The notes: generated by a model not told the origin, from the letters alone. A DNA stretch of 64,000 bases from a virus (IMGVR_UViG_3300031992_000007:201481-265480); one strand, 5' to 3'. Positions 31,401 to 41,021 are shown, counted from the first letter of the stretch. Numbers and translations are program-made.

Positions 31401-33182
31401 ACTGTGGTTGACTCTGACGGTGTGTCCCTCGGGTACAACATCGAACAGGGTTACGTTGACGTGCTCCAGGGAGAGACTAGAGAGTACATCACTCTCGATC
31501 CTCACCATGTTTACTACACGAGGCAGAGTGTTACCGAGAAGGCGTGTAATGCTGATGAGGCAGATGCCAACAACGTCTACTACGAGTTCGCTAAAGTTGT
31601 CGACATCACTAAGTTCTACGAGGATACATCGGGTAGGTTCAGCAACACTGAGGCGAACAAGGGTATCCTGTTCTCCAGGTCTAGCGACCTCCCTCACTAC
31701 AGACACTACATCAACTCCAAGAATGTGGTTGTCCGTGGAGCTACCGATCTGTTCGAAGTTGGTGTGACATACAGCGTTCGTAAGGAAGGAGTTGTGGAGT
31801 TCGTGACTCTGCATCCTGACTATCGTGGACCTGACTCTGGTGAACCCAAGGTTACCACTACTCAGTATTACTACTATACTGGAGTGGCAGGTGATCTGTG
31901 GGATGCTATCACAATGAAGTCTGCTGCTATCCAACCGGCCAATGGGGCAGTCTATTTGGATCAGCCTTCCAACGGCAAAGCTAATAGGCTGTACAAGGTA
32001 ACAACTGGTACATTCGAATCCGGCAAGATCTATTACGGAAAGACCAAGACTGTTGGACAAGCTGGAGCACCGTCGACTTACAGTCTTCCGGTCAAACTCG
32101 ATGCAGGGGTGGATTACGAGGTAGATGGTGATATCGCCGATAAAGCCTCTGAGACTAACCTGATCTACAGGGTAGATGTGGAAGACATCGATACTAACGA
32201 GGCTGACTTCTCTGCCTCTTGGGCTAGAGAGGATAGTACTAGTGTCGAAGGGTATGGTCTGTGGAAGTTCATGGGGTGGAAGTTCTATCCTAACAGGAAG
32301 TACTACATCCACTACAACGATACTCCTGGTGGTCCTGCTGAGTACCATATCGGGGAGAATGTGCTTGCTTGGTCCAGCGCTCATGACACTGCTGTGTACG
32401 TTGAACGTCCTGGTGTGAGTGAGTTCCTTGACGTCACTGACTTCGGTATCGATGCCCTTCGTGGTTGTACAGTTCCTCTGTACATCAAGGATAAGGCTAT
32501 CGTCGACAAGAAGAAACAAGACGTCTATGTCGCATTGGACAGACCTAGACACAGTGCTACCTTCAGGTATCAATATCCATTGAACCAACAGGCATTCGTG
32601 CAGGCTTTAGGTGCAGATCCATCTAAGGTATACTGGGATGAGTCTGGCATCAGGTCAACGCTTGCTCAGTTGGAACCGACCCTTGGTGACGATCCTGATG
32701 AAACTATGTTCCAGAAGTACATGGACTATGTGGAGTTCTATGAGAATCACATCATCCCTGCGATCTCCACTGTGTTCAAGAACTGGAGAGTTGTCGGTGA
32801 AGGAGAAGGAACACGAGTTGAATTCGATACTGCTCGAGTATTCGACAAGTTCTGGATACCTTGCTTAGGCAACTTCGTTCAAGATGAAGTCTACGACCAC
32901 GTGAATGGTGCGGTCATCTCTGGTATTCCTTCTGAGGATGGTGGACTTGACTTGTATGCCAAGGGCATAGGTCAGGCTCACAACGCAGAAGCACTGAAGA
33001 TGGCTCGTCAGATCCACTCGTCGGCGTCTTCAAATACACATGTGGTCTGGGCACTTCGTACTTGTCCTAGGTACACTGCAGGCGGAACTCCGGTGGTGAT
33101 TGCTGTTGATGCAGATGGCAACTTCGTCACTCGGAACAAGCTGACCTCTCTGTATATCGTTCCTCACTTCACGATCGCTTAA
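28470..33182 (+). CDS. 1570-aa fibre paralog with a DUF6273/CLec-like C-terminus (no cassette boundaries)
   Basis: WTDP/WAKT, WDESGIRSTL, DKFWIP, WALRT motifs; many TxD...KxYY modules. Confidence 0.75.
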   Translation: MALEFMKIPGLQKILTSLDFKSYLIGVDKLPDYRDASFCTYSITEDAEARSGKIYYNRVPQAKGGYSYDPCSHTKLNVVDHLMAAKPYEICKIKPDAFLVIGKDGAGDGASTLFHYCTFDNSGKLETVSLDSIVISNDKYLYYYRDVESKSLKPLTFIQTSSGLMIRARRNFYGRPTSGTVEPGGLPSPAGNTYWYLNGDKWTAIPSSTVGSVATYEETNNRVVYLRVKTDEINTLNALTLYNCGWYLGHVNSETIYNVDLKMGALTEYNISAGSPMAERALSYTNDTVFVRDKVYYIKKTDLVLDKVTVHNTSSELDVSIYNVNWLFSNFVVLSKSDPEIGYGGYASVAAWKADHPDYELYEETTNFWIQPDGFVGTLTRNHDWYERVGDRFPYAGFVAIATSKYNGQQIGGFYHAKMKEYQLTEDTVHHFRWLDEDHTQAESKTYYEWNDATNVYTPRDGSPGNLIYRAVDGTDYFQKPMTSVFEEGETYYTYSSGSGYTELTGWTPVDPIPGNVFIDNRPFYYRNGWTITEVETRYGVTTDTTVVAGKQYFISTGTNSFSQIGVREDGSDFFTTTNDDVFKEGKQYYYCDRDNASKTGLQKFTAFDSSAYIGKSINSQSRTIYERNKDGGIPTEVQICVKFDKYDGRFDGITIPNDVDVVVESLNGEPILQDAYYEACKGMYVWEQYFIERGTSVTKPYNVQAVYIDSESKVTLNLMWTDPKFMLHKDDPTMAPDAWAKTDVDLEYEKDENGAKVKRVIRLVSEVATNDVYADNFFTVDGDSAITFDGATISRSEFSTAVKTGVIRITATAVTGITSEYVVRPSKVVWVNSTKGFVSLLGGTAVTGVRYYTINSDGNETELADVVPYVTDVSSDKIYIKYQKEIETYVDDDNGVKRMIIIGDSAHKDGTIVPENVGLFTRVTENPEITVREIVRAGLFDKLFASASGGYNLTGALLGQVPLTTAVGSNPDLANVTVVDSDGVSLGYNIEQGYVDVLQGETREYITLDPHHVYYTRQSVTEKACNADEADANNVYYEFAKVVDITKFYEDTSGRFSNTEANKGILFSRSSDLPHYRHYINSKNVVVRGATDLFEVGVTYSVRKEGVVEFVTLHPDYRGPDSGEPKVTTTQYYYYTGVAGDLWDAITMKSAAIQPANGAVYLDQPSNGKANRLYKVTTGTFESGKIYYGKTKTVGQAGAPSTYSLPVKLDAGVDYEVDGDIADKASETNLIYRVDVEDIDTNEADFSASWAREDSTSVEGYGLWKFMGWKFYPNRKYYIHYNDTPGGPAEYHIGENVLAWSSAHDTAVYVERPGVSEFLDVTDFGIDALRGCTVPLYIKDKAIVDKKKQDVYVALDRPRHSATFRYQYPLNQQAFVQALGADPSKVYWDESGIRSTLAQLEPTLGDDPDETMFQKYMDYVEFYENHIIPAISTVFKNWRVVGEGEGTRVEFDTARVFDKFWIPCLGNFVQDEVYDHVNGAVISGIPSEDGGLDLYAKGIGQAHNAEALKMARQIHSSASSNTHVVWALRTCPRYTAGGTPVVIAVDADGNFVTRNKLTSLYIVPHFTIA

Positions 33183-33196
33183 GAGATCAATACTGG

Positions 33197-33225
33197 CCCT
33201 CTCTACCCTTCGTGGGTAGAGAGGG
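33197..33225 (+). terminator. Intrinsic terminator after the 1570-aa gene
   Basis: CCCTCTCTACCC-TTCGT-GGGTAGAGAGGG followed by a T-rich tract. Confidence 0.8.
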
Positions 33226-33247
33226 TTGGTTGCTTTTATTTTTTAGG

Positions 33248-33789
33248 AGGTGTAGGATCTATAAGCAAGATGGCGTTGTGGTTAGTCTTAGGATTTCAGC
33301 ACAACACAATGATAAACAATCAAGATTTTTCGTGGTGGAACAACACTAGATTCAGTCATCTTGCAAACTCAGAACAGATAAGGCTCTCCTGGAGGTGACT
33401 ATATTGGTCCAGAATCAGATAAATTTGAAAACCACCGGAATGCAAATTGTCAACACAAATCTTCAGGACTAGCACAGGGTGTAGAAGTTAATGGATCGAA
33501 TACAAATAAGCTAGCATGGCTCTCCAATGAGGTGGAAACTTCTTAATTGAAATAGGCAAAGGTGGAGGTTGGATACGTGGTGCAACAGACGGCTGGGGAC
33601 TAATGCCACAAATGGAACGCAACACTGAATCCAATGGAACTAAAAGACACGAAAGGCTCTCCAGGTGGATTCGGTATTCTGTCAGCAACTCCTTGGTATG
33701 TCTACGCAGGTGGGAATGAAAATTTTAATGGCGCAGTGGTATCATCATTGATTTCCATTAATATAAACTATTTCCCCAAAGGGCTCTCC
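33248..33789 (+). repeat. Cassette array A: 4 fibre-tip cassettes
   Basis: AGGTG at 33248, 33393, 33530, 33663; GGCTCTCC at 33382, 33518, 33655, 33782; GGT-to-TCC lengths 141, 132, 132, 126 nt, all open. Confidence 0.92.
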
Positions 33790-33820
33790 TCCACTAACTC
33801 CCAAAAAAAAATAAAAGAGC

Positions 33821-33848
33821 CACCAGGGTCCCCGCGGGGACCCTGGTG
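33821..33848 (-). terminator. Terminator hairpin bounding array A
   Basis: CACCAGGGTCCC-CGCG-GGGACCCTGGTG preceded by an A-tract on +. Confidence 0.8.
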
Positions 33849-33865
33849 CTCCAACCCTTTAGTAT

Positions 33866-34009
33866 CTACTTCTTCTTTTCCGGATCCTTGTCCTTCGGAC
33901 CACGGAAACTTTCCACAGCAACTCCGATGCCCAGTATAACTGCACCCGATAGTACAACGAACCCGATGCTCAACCCGAATATCCCCAGTATAACCTTGAG
34001 TGTTTCCAT
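33866..34009 (-). CDS. Small membrane protein (47 aa, METLKVILGIFGLSIG...KDPEKKK)
   Basis: Manual translation; hydrophobic stretch with a basic tail; start overlaps the upstream stop codon. Confidence 0.6.
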   Translation of the reverse strand: METLKVILGIFGLSIGFVVLSGAVILGIGVAVESFRGPKDKDPEKKK

Positions 34010-34368
34010 CAAAATCCCTCCAGTACATACTGTACACCAGCGGGCGCATGCTCGTTGAGTGTAGATTCCAGCTCTTTCGTAATACGCGCTAATGCCTCTT
34101 GACTTATTTCTTGGTTAACTGGCATTGGTTTTCTACCATAACCACCAATTACTTCACACGATAAGATCTGAGGCTGGCTGCACTTCTGATTGAACTGGAT
34201 AACCTCTTGCAGCTGTTTAAGATGCGTTGGATGAAGTCTGCTGGATCCATCGTCTCTCGTTGTCTGTTCCATCATCGACCTACACACAGGACAGAATACC
34301 CCGTGGAAGTCTTTAGTGTCGACCATCTCAAGACCTTTGGGGCTCCCACAGCAGTCACACTTCAACAT
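34009..34368 (-). CDS. Hypothetical zinc-finger-like protein
   Basis: Likely start MLKCDCCG; CxxC...CPVC. Confidence 0.55.
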   Translation of the reverse strand: MLKCDCCGSPKGLEMVDTKDFHGVFCPVCRSMMEQTTRDDGSSRLHPTHLKQLQEVIQFNQKCSQPQILSCEVIGGYGRKPMPVNQEISQEALARITKELESTLNEHAPAGVQYVLEGF

Positions 34369-34738
34369 CGCTACCCTCCCTTCTTTTACCATGATGCTGA
34401 TGACCCCTAGAAGCCTCAGCAAGGATGGCAACGCGAAGGTAGAGCTTGTCATATCCGTTTGCAGCCTCAACCACAGGAACTTCTTTCTTCCAGAAGAGCC
34501 CTCTTTTCAGATAGGTCTCAGGAACGAAGACGTTGTAGTTGATCTCATCGGAACAGTAGTAGACAGGTGTGCCGTCAGCGATCTCCATCAGTGCATCAAG
34601 GTTGCCCTTGACAGTGTCATTAAGATCAGAGTAGTCGTACACATTGCGTATTACATACAGTGAGCCTTCAGCCCTACGATATGGGGTATTGGGCAACAAT
34701 TTAATCGTATCGCCCCTACCGAACTTTGGTATTCTCAT
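34355..34738 (-). CDS. Hypothetical protein
   Basis: AAAGGAG RBS; early-type motif at 34777-34786. Confidence 0.6.
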   Translation of the reverse strand: MRIPKFGRGDTIKLLPNTPYRRAEGSLYVIRNVYDYSDLNDTVKGNLDALMEIADGTPVYYCSDEINYNVFVPETYLKRGLFWKKEVPVVEAANGYDKLYLRVAILAEASRGHQHHGKRREGSDVEV

Positions 34739-34854
34739 TGGTTTAACTCCTTTCAGATGATGAGTTTAACATTGTAGTAATTTATAAATGAAAAATGTAG
34801 CAGACCTCAGGCCCTCTTGCGAGGACCCGAGGATCTAGGAGCTTCCCATTTAAA

Positions 34855-35325
34855 TCATTCTTCAGACGATGTGTCAGTCGAACCTTTACCTTCCCACGGA
34901 CCAAGCTCGTCCTCCCACGCGGTGTACCAACTACGAGGTTCCGCGTAATCATCACCGAGCTGACGGGCCTCATACTCCATCGCAGTATCGTACTGCTGGA
35001 GTTCGAGAAGCACCATGATCAACTGCATATCTCCAGTGGACTTAGCCAAGCCCATAGCGAGAGCAACTTCTTTGGTCTCAGGGTCAACACCATCGCCGAA
35101 CGCGGCACGGAAGGTCTTGAGAGTAGGATGCTCTTCACAGAACTCCGGATACGTGGTGTTGAGATAAGCACGAATGTTCAGAGCCGCATCGTGGAAGGTC
35201 TTCATGGCGGCACGCCAGTCAGTCTCATCCGTCGTATTGGGCACCTTCTTGGAGCGCTTCACAGCTTCCTTGATGAGACGCTCTTCCTCAAGAACCTTTT
35301 GCGCATTTTTGACGATCACTGCCAT
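34855..35325 (-). CDS. Hypothetical protein
   Basis: 156-aa ORF, AAAGGAG RBS, hairpin downstream. Confidence 0.65.
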   Translation of the reverse strand: MAVIVKNAQKVLEEERLIKEAVKRSKKVPNTTDETDWRAAMKTFHDAALNIRAYLNTTYPEFCEEHPTLKTFRAAFGDGVDPETKEVALAMGLAKSTGDMQLIMVLLELQQYDTAMEYEARQLGDDYAEPRSWYTAWEDELGPWEGKGSTDTSSEE

Positions 35326-35455
35326 TTGATTTCTCCTTTGAAATAAGAGTTAGTATATGATAGATCTGGGCAATATTATGCACGCAAATTCTGGTGCACT
35401 ACCCAAAGGGTCTCACTGTCGAGACTCATATGATTTATAAAGGAGAATATCAACC

Positions 35456-36022
35456 ATGACCAAGCTTCTTCCTAATGAGATCGCCTGCAAGATCCCCGGT
35501 GTACAGATCGTCATGACCCTTCCTGTATTCCGTACGTCCAAGATCGAGGAGACGATCGATATCCCTGCCAAGACCTCGTATGGTCTTACTGGCGACAAGA
35601 CCTTCCAGGAAGGGAAGACGTATTACACTGAAGAAGGTTACCGTGACTCCGACCTCACTTACAAAGAAGCTGAGGTTGTTGTCGGCGATCCTGTTCCTGC
35701 CAACACCTACTACGAGGAAACCTCTACTGAGGCTATAAGTGGTGCTCAGTGCTCTACTATCTACGAAAGCTACACGGATGGTGTGTGGGTCGACACTATC
35801 AAACTCCCTGATGGTGGGCATCGTCTCAAGAGCAGAGAGCACGCTATTGAGATCATCAGGACACAGATCTTCACGTACGAACAGAATGGCAAGACGTACA
35901 CAGATTCGACGAAGTATCATGCTCTTGGACTGTGGTCTAACAGAGAGACTTTGAAGTACATCCCGATCCATCTGCGTCTGGACTCTGATGTCTACGGAGA
36001 GAGTCCTCGTTTGTTCCGCTAA
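35456..36022 (+). CDS. Small structural-type protein with a TGDKTFQEGKTYY module
   Basis: AAGGAG RBS; shared module. Confidence 0.65.
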   Translation: MTKLLPNEIACKIPGVQIVMTLPVFRTSKIEETIDIPAKTSYGLTGDKTFQEGKTYYTEEGYRDSDLTYKEAEVVVGDPVPANTYYEETSTEAISGAQCSTIYESYTDGVWVDTIKLPDGGHRLKSREHAIEIIRTQIFTYEQNGKTYTDSTKYHALGLWSNRETLKYIPIHLRLDSDVYGESPRLFR

Positions 36023-36079
36023 GAAGAAAAGAAAGTGGATCCCTAGGTCGCCCTTAGGTGGGCGACCTAGGTTAGCTAT

Positions 36080-36688
36080 TTATTCGTTGAACAGGAACTT
36101 CTGGAAGATGATGACGCACTTCCTAAGATGATCACCGACACACAACCACCCGATGATGGGTGAGACGATGATCATGATAGCAGTTACTTTCCATTTGAAC
36201 TTGTCATCCTCATCTTGCCTCTGTTTGAGACACTCGAGTTCGTCGACTATTTCCTTCTGGTTGTTCTCCAACTTCACGAAGTTCTTAGCCATCCGATTCA
36301 TCTTATCAACAACAGCTGCGTACTCCATTTGATGTTTGACAGCATCCTTCTCATACTTAGAGAGTTTGTTGCCGTAATCATCAAGAAGGTCGATCATCTG
36401 TCTGATGAAGACAGCGTTGTTGGTCATGAGTGAGATGAGCTTGTCTACACGTTGAGCTATGGCAGTATTATCCTTGGCAACTTGATCTTTAAGGGTGCAG
36501 AGCTGCTCCTCTATATTCCGTCTGCCCTGATCATACACACTGAACTTGTCAAGCAGGGCATTCTTGAGAGCATCTGCTCCAAGACTTTCAACAGCTTGAG
36601 TGAAGGACATAGTGCGAAGGGCTTTGGTGAGAGGATCATCAGGAAGCTCTTGCATCTGATCCTGATCCTGATGTTCGAAGTCACTCAT
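36080..36688 (-). CDS. Coiled-coil protein with a C-terminal TM segment
   Basis: Heptad-like middle region; hydrophobic VTAIMIIVSPIIGWLCV. Confidence 0.65.
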   Translation of the reverse strand: MSDFEHQDQDQMQELPDDPLTKALRTMSFTQAVESLGADALKNALLDKFSVYDQGRRNIEEQLCTLKDQVAKDNTAIAQRVDKLISLMTNNAVFIRQMIDLLDDYGNKLSKYEKDAVKHQMEYAAVVDKMNRMAKNFVKLENNQKEIVDELECLKQRQDEDDKFKWKVTAIMIIVSPIIGWLCVGDHLRKCVIIFQKFLFNE

Positions 36689-36707
36689 CTCAGTAAGTCT
36701 TTCGTAG

Positions 36708-37637
36708 TTAGTTCATCGCCTTGTAGATGGCGTTGATGTTGAGGACAGTATTGTGTTCCAGTGACATCTGTCTTGTTGCAGCCAGGGAGTAGCTATCGAA
36801 CACGAGGGCGATCTGTTTGGCAGTTTCACCAAGGTTGACAATATCCTTGTTAGAAACCAGACCAGCCTCTATCTTCCCGTCCTTGACTAATCCAACAATA
36901 CCTCTGATTATAGCTTCCATCTCTGTAGCCATGTCAGCAAGTTTGTGGACATCCTGGAGTCTTGATTCAAGAGCAAGTAGTTTCTTGATAGACGCTCCGA
37001 TATCAGCAACAGCAGCATAAGCCTTAGTGCACTCTATCTGATCAGCTCTATCGGAACCGAAGTCCTTCTGACATTTCATCACAGCTGGTTTGCTGGACTT
37101 GATAACAGTCTGGATGTAGTTGGCTGCAGAGGCAATGTGCTTGGTAACAGACTTGTCTCCATTGCTAAGCTGAGCGAAGACTTCCTGCAGAGCAGTCTGC
37201 ATCGTCCTTGCAGTCTCGATAGCGTTAAGCTGGATGTAAATCAGACCAAGAGTATCGATAGCTTCACAATAGGTGGTTGTCATACCCGCAGGCGCATACA
37301 CCTTGAGGTTAGCGGGGAACTGTCCAAGCGAGTTGCTGACAACACTGACCTTCATCCTGTTGGACTGGACGAACTCACTCAGCTCAGACCTCTTGAGTTT
37401 TTTGTGAAGCTTGGTGACGTTGGTCACGAAGGTTGCCAGAAGCCCAGTGAAAGTATCCGCAACAGCTACCAACGCTCTTCCGAAGATATTGCCAGCAAGT
37501 GATTCCTGAGATTCAACAGGAAGACCACGGATCTCAGCAAGAGCCGCATCGACTTTACTACTGACTTCCGTATAGAGGGGCATAACTCCTAGATAGGGAT
37601 CAGTAGCAGAAGTGATGAAAGATGATTTAAGTTTCAT
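36708..37637 (-). CDS. Putative internal head/virion protein
   Basis: SQE candidate protease site followed by an amphipathic helix; lies in a cluster of similar genes. Confidence 0.55.
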   Translation of the reverse strand: MKLKSSFITSATDPYLGVMPLYTEVSSKVDAALAEIRGLPVESQESLAGNIFGRALVAVADTFTGLLATFVTNVTKLHKKLKRSELSEFVQSNRMKVSVVSNSLGQFPANLKVYAPAGMTTTYCEAIDTLGLIYIQLNAIETARTMQTALQEVFAQLSNGDKSVTKHIASAANYIQTVIKSSKPAVMKCQKDFGSDRADQIECTKAYAAVADIGASIKKLLALESRLQDVHKLADMATEMEAIIRGIVGLVKDGKIEAGLVSNKDIVNLGETAKQIALVFDSYSLAATRQMSLEHNTVLNINAIYKAMN

Positions 37638-37724
37638 AAAACTCCTTGTAAACTTTAGAGTGGACTATAAAATTGCAGAACCATCCTTCTCCCACAAGGG
37701 GAGAAGGACGATCCTAGCATTTGT

Positions 37725-38528
37725 TTAACCTTCAGTGGTAACAGCAGCTTTCTCTTCCTCCTCTTCAGTTGGAGGAATATAGGCTTTGGTGCACCTCTTG
37801 ATCTGGGTGTACAAGAACTTGATGAGAGTGTTTCTAACTGCCACCATGTTCTTGATGTGTTTCACCATGATCTTCTTGTCCACCTTCATGCTATCTTTCT
37901 CTTGCTTGCTGTAGACAGCTTTGATAAGAGTCTGATAGTGCATGTTGATGGAGACAAGCATCTTGGACTTGTTCACGAGATCTATCTGACGGATGAGCTC
38001 TTCTGCCAACTGTTTCCCGTTAGCACTCCAATTCACTTCCTCCACAGTCTTCTTGAACTCTAGAGGAGATGAGACATTGGACTTTCCTTTCCCCATACCC
38101 CAGTCGCCCATCTTGAACTTATCCATGTGAACGACACCATCTTCTCGATACTCGATACCAACATCTTCGAAGTCCTTGCCTATGTACTCTTCCAACTTGA
38201 TAACATCGCCACCACGGAGTTTGGCAAGTATCTCATTGGTAGTCTGAAGTGCGACCATAGCCAAAGCTAAGTCTTTTGGAAGCACAGCCTTGATAACCGT
38301 CTCCTGATCGAGGTGATCGAATACTTCTGCACGAAGCATCTCCTTGAGTTTCTTGGACATAGTTTCCTGATGTCCGAACATCTCAAGAACTCGATCCTTG
38401 GTAGCTTCCCATATTTCCTTAAGGCCTTCTTCTGAACACGTGATCCCGTCGGAAGCCAAGTAGAGTTTAAGGTTCTCTACACTTGGGTTGAACAACTGAA
38501 GTTCTTCATTGAAGTTCATTTTAAACAC
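37725..38528 (-). CDS. Putative internal head protein
   Basis: SEE|GLKEIWEATKDRVLEMF pattern. Confidence 0.55.
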   Translation of the reverse strand: MFKMNFNEELQLFNPSVENLKLYLASDGITCSEEGLKEIWEATKDRVLEMFGHQETMSKKLKEMLRAEVFDHLDQETVIKAVLPKDLALAMVALQTTNEILAKLRGGDVIKLEEYIGKDFEDVGIEYREDGVVHMDKFKMGDWGMGKGKSNVSSPLEFKKTVEEVNWSANGKQLAEELIRQIDLVNKSKMLVSINMHYQTLIKAVYSKQEKDSMKVDKKIMVKHIKNMVAVRNTLIKFLYTQIKRCTKAYIPPTEEEEEKAAVTTEG

Positions 38529-39892
38529 ATTCCTTTCTTGCGTATCTCATTCAGAGCCCTGAAGAATATGGACAGAAGCTCATGCCTGATGGCATACAAG
38601 TTGGCGATGGTGAACAGCAGATAGAACTTGGATGAGTCTCCATGAACCAGGTCAAGCAAGACATTGACATCAATGTTCTTAACCTGTCTGACGTAGATGT
38701 CGACGTACTTAGAGTACGCTTTAGCCCATTCGTGTTCATCTAGAGTCTGTATGTAAGGCAGAGAGTTAATATCCCTGCTCCAGCCAGACTTTCCAGAACC
38801 AAACCAGCCTTTAGTAAGCTTCCTTATATGAAGGTTGGAAGTAATACTCTTATTCAGAGCGACATCCTTCTCCCAATCGTAGTTCTTATCGTACTGGAAG
38901 AGAGCTACACCTTCATCATTAAGAGCCTGGATGTTGGTGATATGCCCGCCTTTGAACGTGTACTGTCCATCCGGAATAGTGTACTGCATACCGTTGTAGG
39001 TAAAGGTATACGGAACAGTTTCGTACTCGTCGTAGGAGAACTCAATGACAGTTGAGTCCTGTCTAGAGAAAGTAGAGGGGAGTCCATACTTAGCCTTGAG
39101 AGTACCAGCTAACAGTTCATCCTTGTAGCTCTGGATAACCTGCTCTCTAGTGGCATTAAGAGGAACTCCAGTTACGAAGTCTACGAAAGAAGGATTGAGT
39201 TCGCTTTCGAGAACAGAGTCTTCATAGACAGTGAATCCGAAGTCTGCTATGATGTCACCAACGTGGTAGTCTTTGTCTTTCTCAAGGATGACATATTCTC
39301 CATCCTTGAGTTCGTAATAGAGTTTGAGATCTTTGAAAGACCCATCCTCAGTTACTACCTTAGCGAGTCCATCGAACCTGAACAAGTTACCTGATGGACT
39401 TTGAACAGAACCACCCATCCACATAGATCCAATTTGACGAATCGTGAACTGTTGATAGGTTCCAATAGTGAAGTCTATCTTGGTATCAGAAACGATAGGT
39501 GTCCACTTACCGATAGTGTTATCACCAGTACCAGCAGCCTTGCCATAGGACTTCTCTAGAGCTATGCCTGCTCTAAGAAGATCCTTGTCCTCACCAAGCA
39601 TTTGCATGGTGACTTCATCACCTTTGAGAATGTGTCTGAGGTAGTAGTTGATCTTATCGATAGCTTTGACTATGTAAGTTGTATCTCGTTTGTCGAGCAA
39701 CCACAAGATCCTCGAATCATCTGCTTCCCAGAGTTTGAGTTTCTCCTGCAGCAAAGTAGCATTCAGCAAGTACTCGTTCTGGAGTTTGGGGAACTGGAGT
39801 TGGAATACTTTCCATGAAGTAGGGAACTCTAACTCACAGGTGATGGAGTGATTGATGAGCTCTTGAACATATAGTCTGACACTGGAGATCAT
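38516..39892 (-). CDS. Virion-type protein containing a TEDGSFKDLKLYY module
   Basis: Likely start MISSVR with AGGAGG RBS; ATTTTATG upstream. Confidence 0.6.
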   Translation of the reverse strand: MISSVRLYVQELINHSITCELEFPTSWKVFQLQFPKLQNEYLLNATLLQEKLKLWEADDSRILWLLDKRDTTYIVKAIDKINYYLRHILKGDEVTMQMLGEDKDLLRAGIALEKSYGKAAGTGDNTIGKWTPIVSDTKIDFTIGTYQQFTIRQIGSMWMGGSVQSPSGNLFRFDGLAKVVTEDGSFKDLKLYYELKDGEYVILEKDKDYHVGDIIADFGFTVYEDSVLESELNPSFVDFVTGVPLNATREQVIQSYKDELLAGTLKAKYGLPSTFSRQDSTVIEFSYDEYETVPYTFTYNGMQYTIPDGQYTFKGGHITNIQALNDEGVALFQYDKNYDWEKDVALNKSITSNLHIRKLTKGWFGSGKSGWSRDINSLPYIQTLDEHEWAKAYSKYVDIYVRQVKNIDVNVLLDLVHGDSSKFYLLFTIANLYAIRHELLSIFFRALNEIRKKGMCLK

Positions 39893-39976
39893 AAGAACCC
39901 TCCTAAAAATAAAAGTCATAAAATTGAGGCACCTCTACCCACACAAGGTGGGTAGAGGGTTCGCAACGTGAGGGAT

Positions 39977-41017
39977 TTATTTCTTGCCAGTTGTTTCGGA
40001 TGCCTTCTTGTTGGCACCATTGAGACACTTGACCTGTTTGCCGAATGCGCGGAGGCACTTGGCGTAGCAGGCGTAGGCAGATGTCTCAGCACGGCACGCC
40101 ATCTTGGCCATACTGAACGCAGAGCCGATCATGTTGCCTTGAACGTTGAGAGACTTGAGTCTCTTCATCAGTTCACCAAGACGAGTAGCTTTACCTTTAT
40201 TGTCAAGGAAGTACTTGGCGAGCTCAACAGCAGCTGTAGCTGTCCAGCCAGCAGTGGAGAGGACTTTCTTCTCGCGCTTGAGAGCCTCGTCCATGATGGT
40301 AACCTTACCGTCTTCAGCCTTGAGGATGTTGTTACTCTTGGCAACGAACGCAGAGATGTCCTTGTTGAGGTTCTCTGCAACGTTCTTAAACTCGTTGGAG
40401 TTGTCACCTTCTGCCGACACACCAGTTATCTTAGCAGTCGAAACCAAGAAGTAGTTCTTGACATCAACATGCTTCGCGACGAATGCATTGAGTCCCTCGC
40501 ATGCCTCCCTCAGATTCTTGACCTGTTCGACAGTGAGCGTCTCCTTCTCAGCAGAGAAGTCGATGTCGTTACCTTTGGTATCGATGATCTTCTGTGCCTG
40601 AGCAGAAGCCATGTTAAACAGTTTGGCGAAGAAGTTGGCAATAGTGTCGATGATGTTGGCGATGAACTTCTTGAGTCCTTCCCAAACTTTGGTCATGTTG
40701 TCCTTGATAGCTTCTTGAGCTATCTGAGGAGTAATAGCTTCCGTGGCATAACCCGTGAGCTGGGTAAGATCTCCACCAGCGTTGAGCTGCTCGATAGCTT
40801 CCTTCGTGTAGAAACCATCAACCAGAGCAGCTGCCAGAGTGTGAAGGTTCTCGAGTACAGCGAAGACCTCATCGCAGGCTTTGTCTTGAGCAACGAGTTC
40901 CTGATAGAACTCTTCTGCAGCCTGGACTTCGTTGAAGATGTCAATAGCTTCCTGAGCAGGTTCGAACTGACGTTCGTTGCTGGGAACAGTAGTTCCAGAA
41001 AGTGCGTATCTGTTCAT
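39977..41017 (-). CDS. phiKZ-like internal head protein paralog
   Basis: ATE and AQE candidate cleavage sites followed by VWEGLKKFIANIIDTIANFFAKLF. Confidence 0.7.
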   Translation of the reverse strand: MNRYALSGTTVPSNERQFEPAQEAIDIFNEVQAAEEFYQELVAQDKACDEVFAVLENLHTLAAALVDGFYTKEAIEQLNAGGDLTQLTGYATEAITPQIAQEAIKDNMTKVWEGLKKFIANIIDTIANFFAKLFNMASAQAQKIIDTKGNDIDFSAEKETLTVEQVKNLREACEGLNAFVAKHVDVKNYFLVSTAKITGVSAEGDNSNEFKNVAENLNKDISAFVAKSNNILKAEDGKVTIMDEALKREKKVLSTAGWTATAAVELAKYFLDNKGKATRLGELMKRLKSLNVQGNMIGSAFSMAKMACRAETSAYACYAKCLRAFGKQVKCLNGANKKASETTGKK

Positions 41018-41021
41018 TGGA

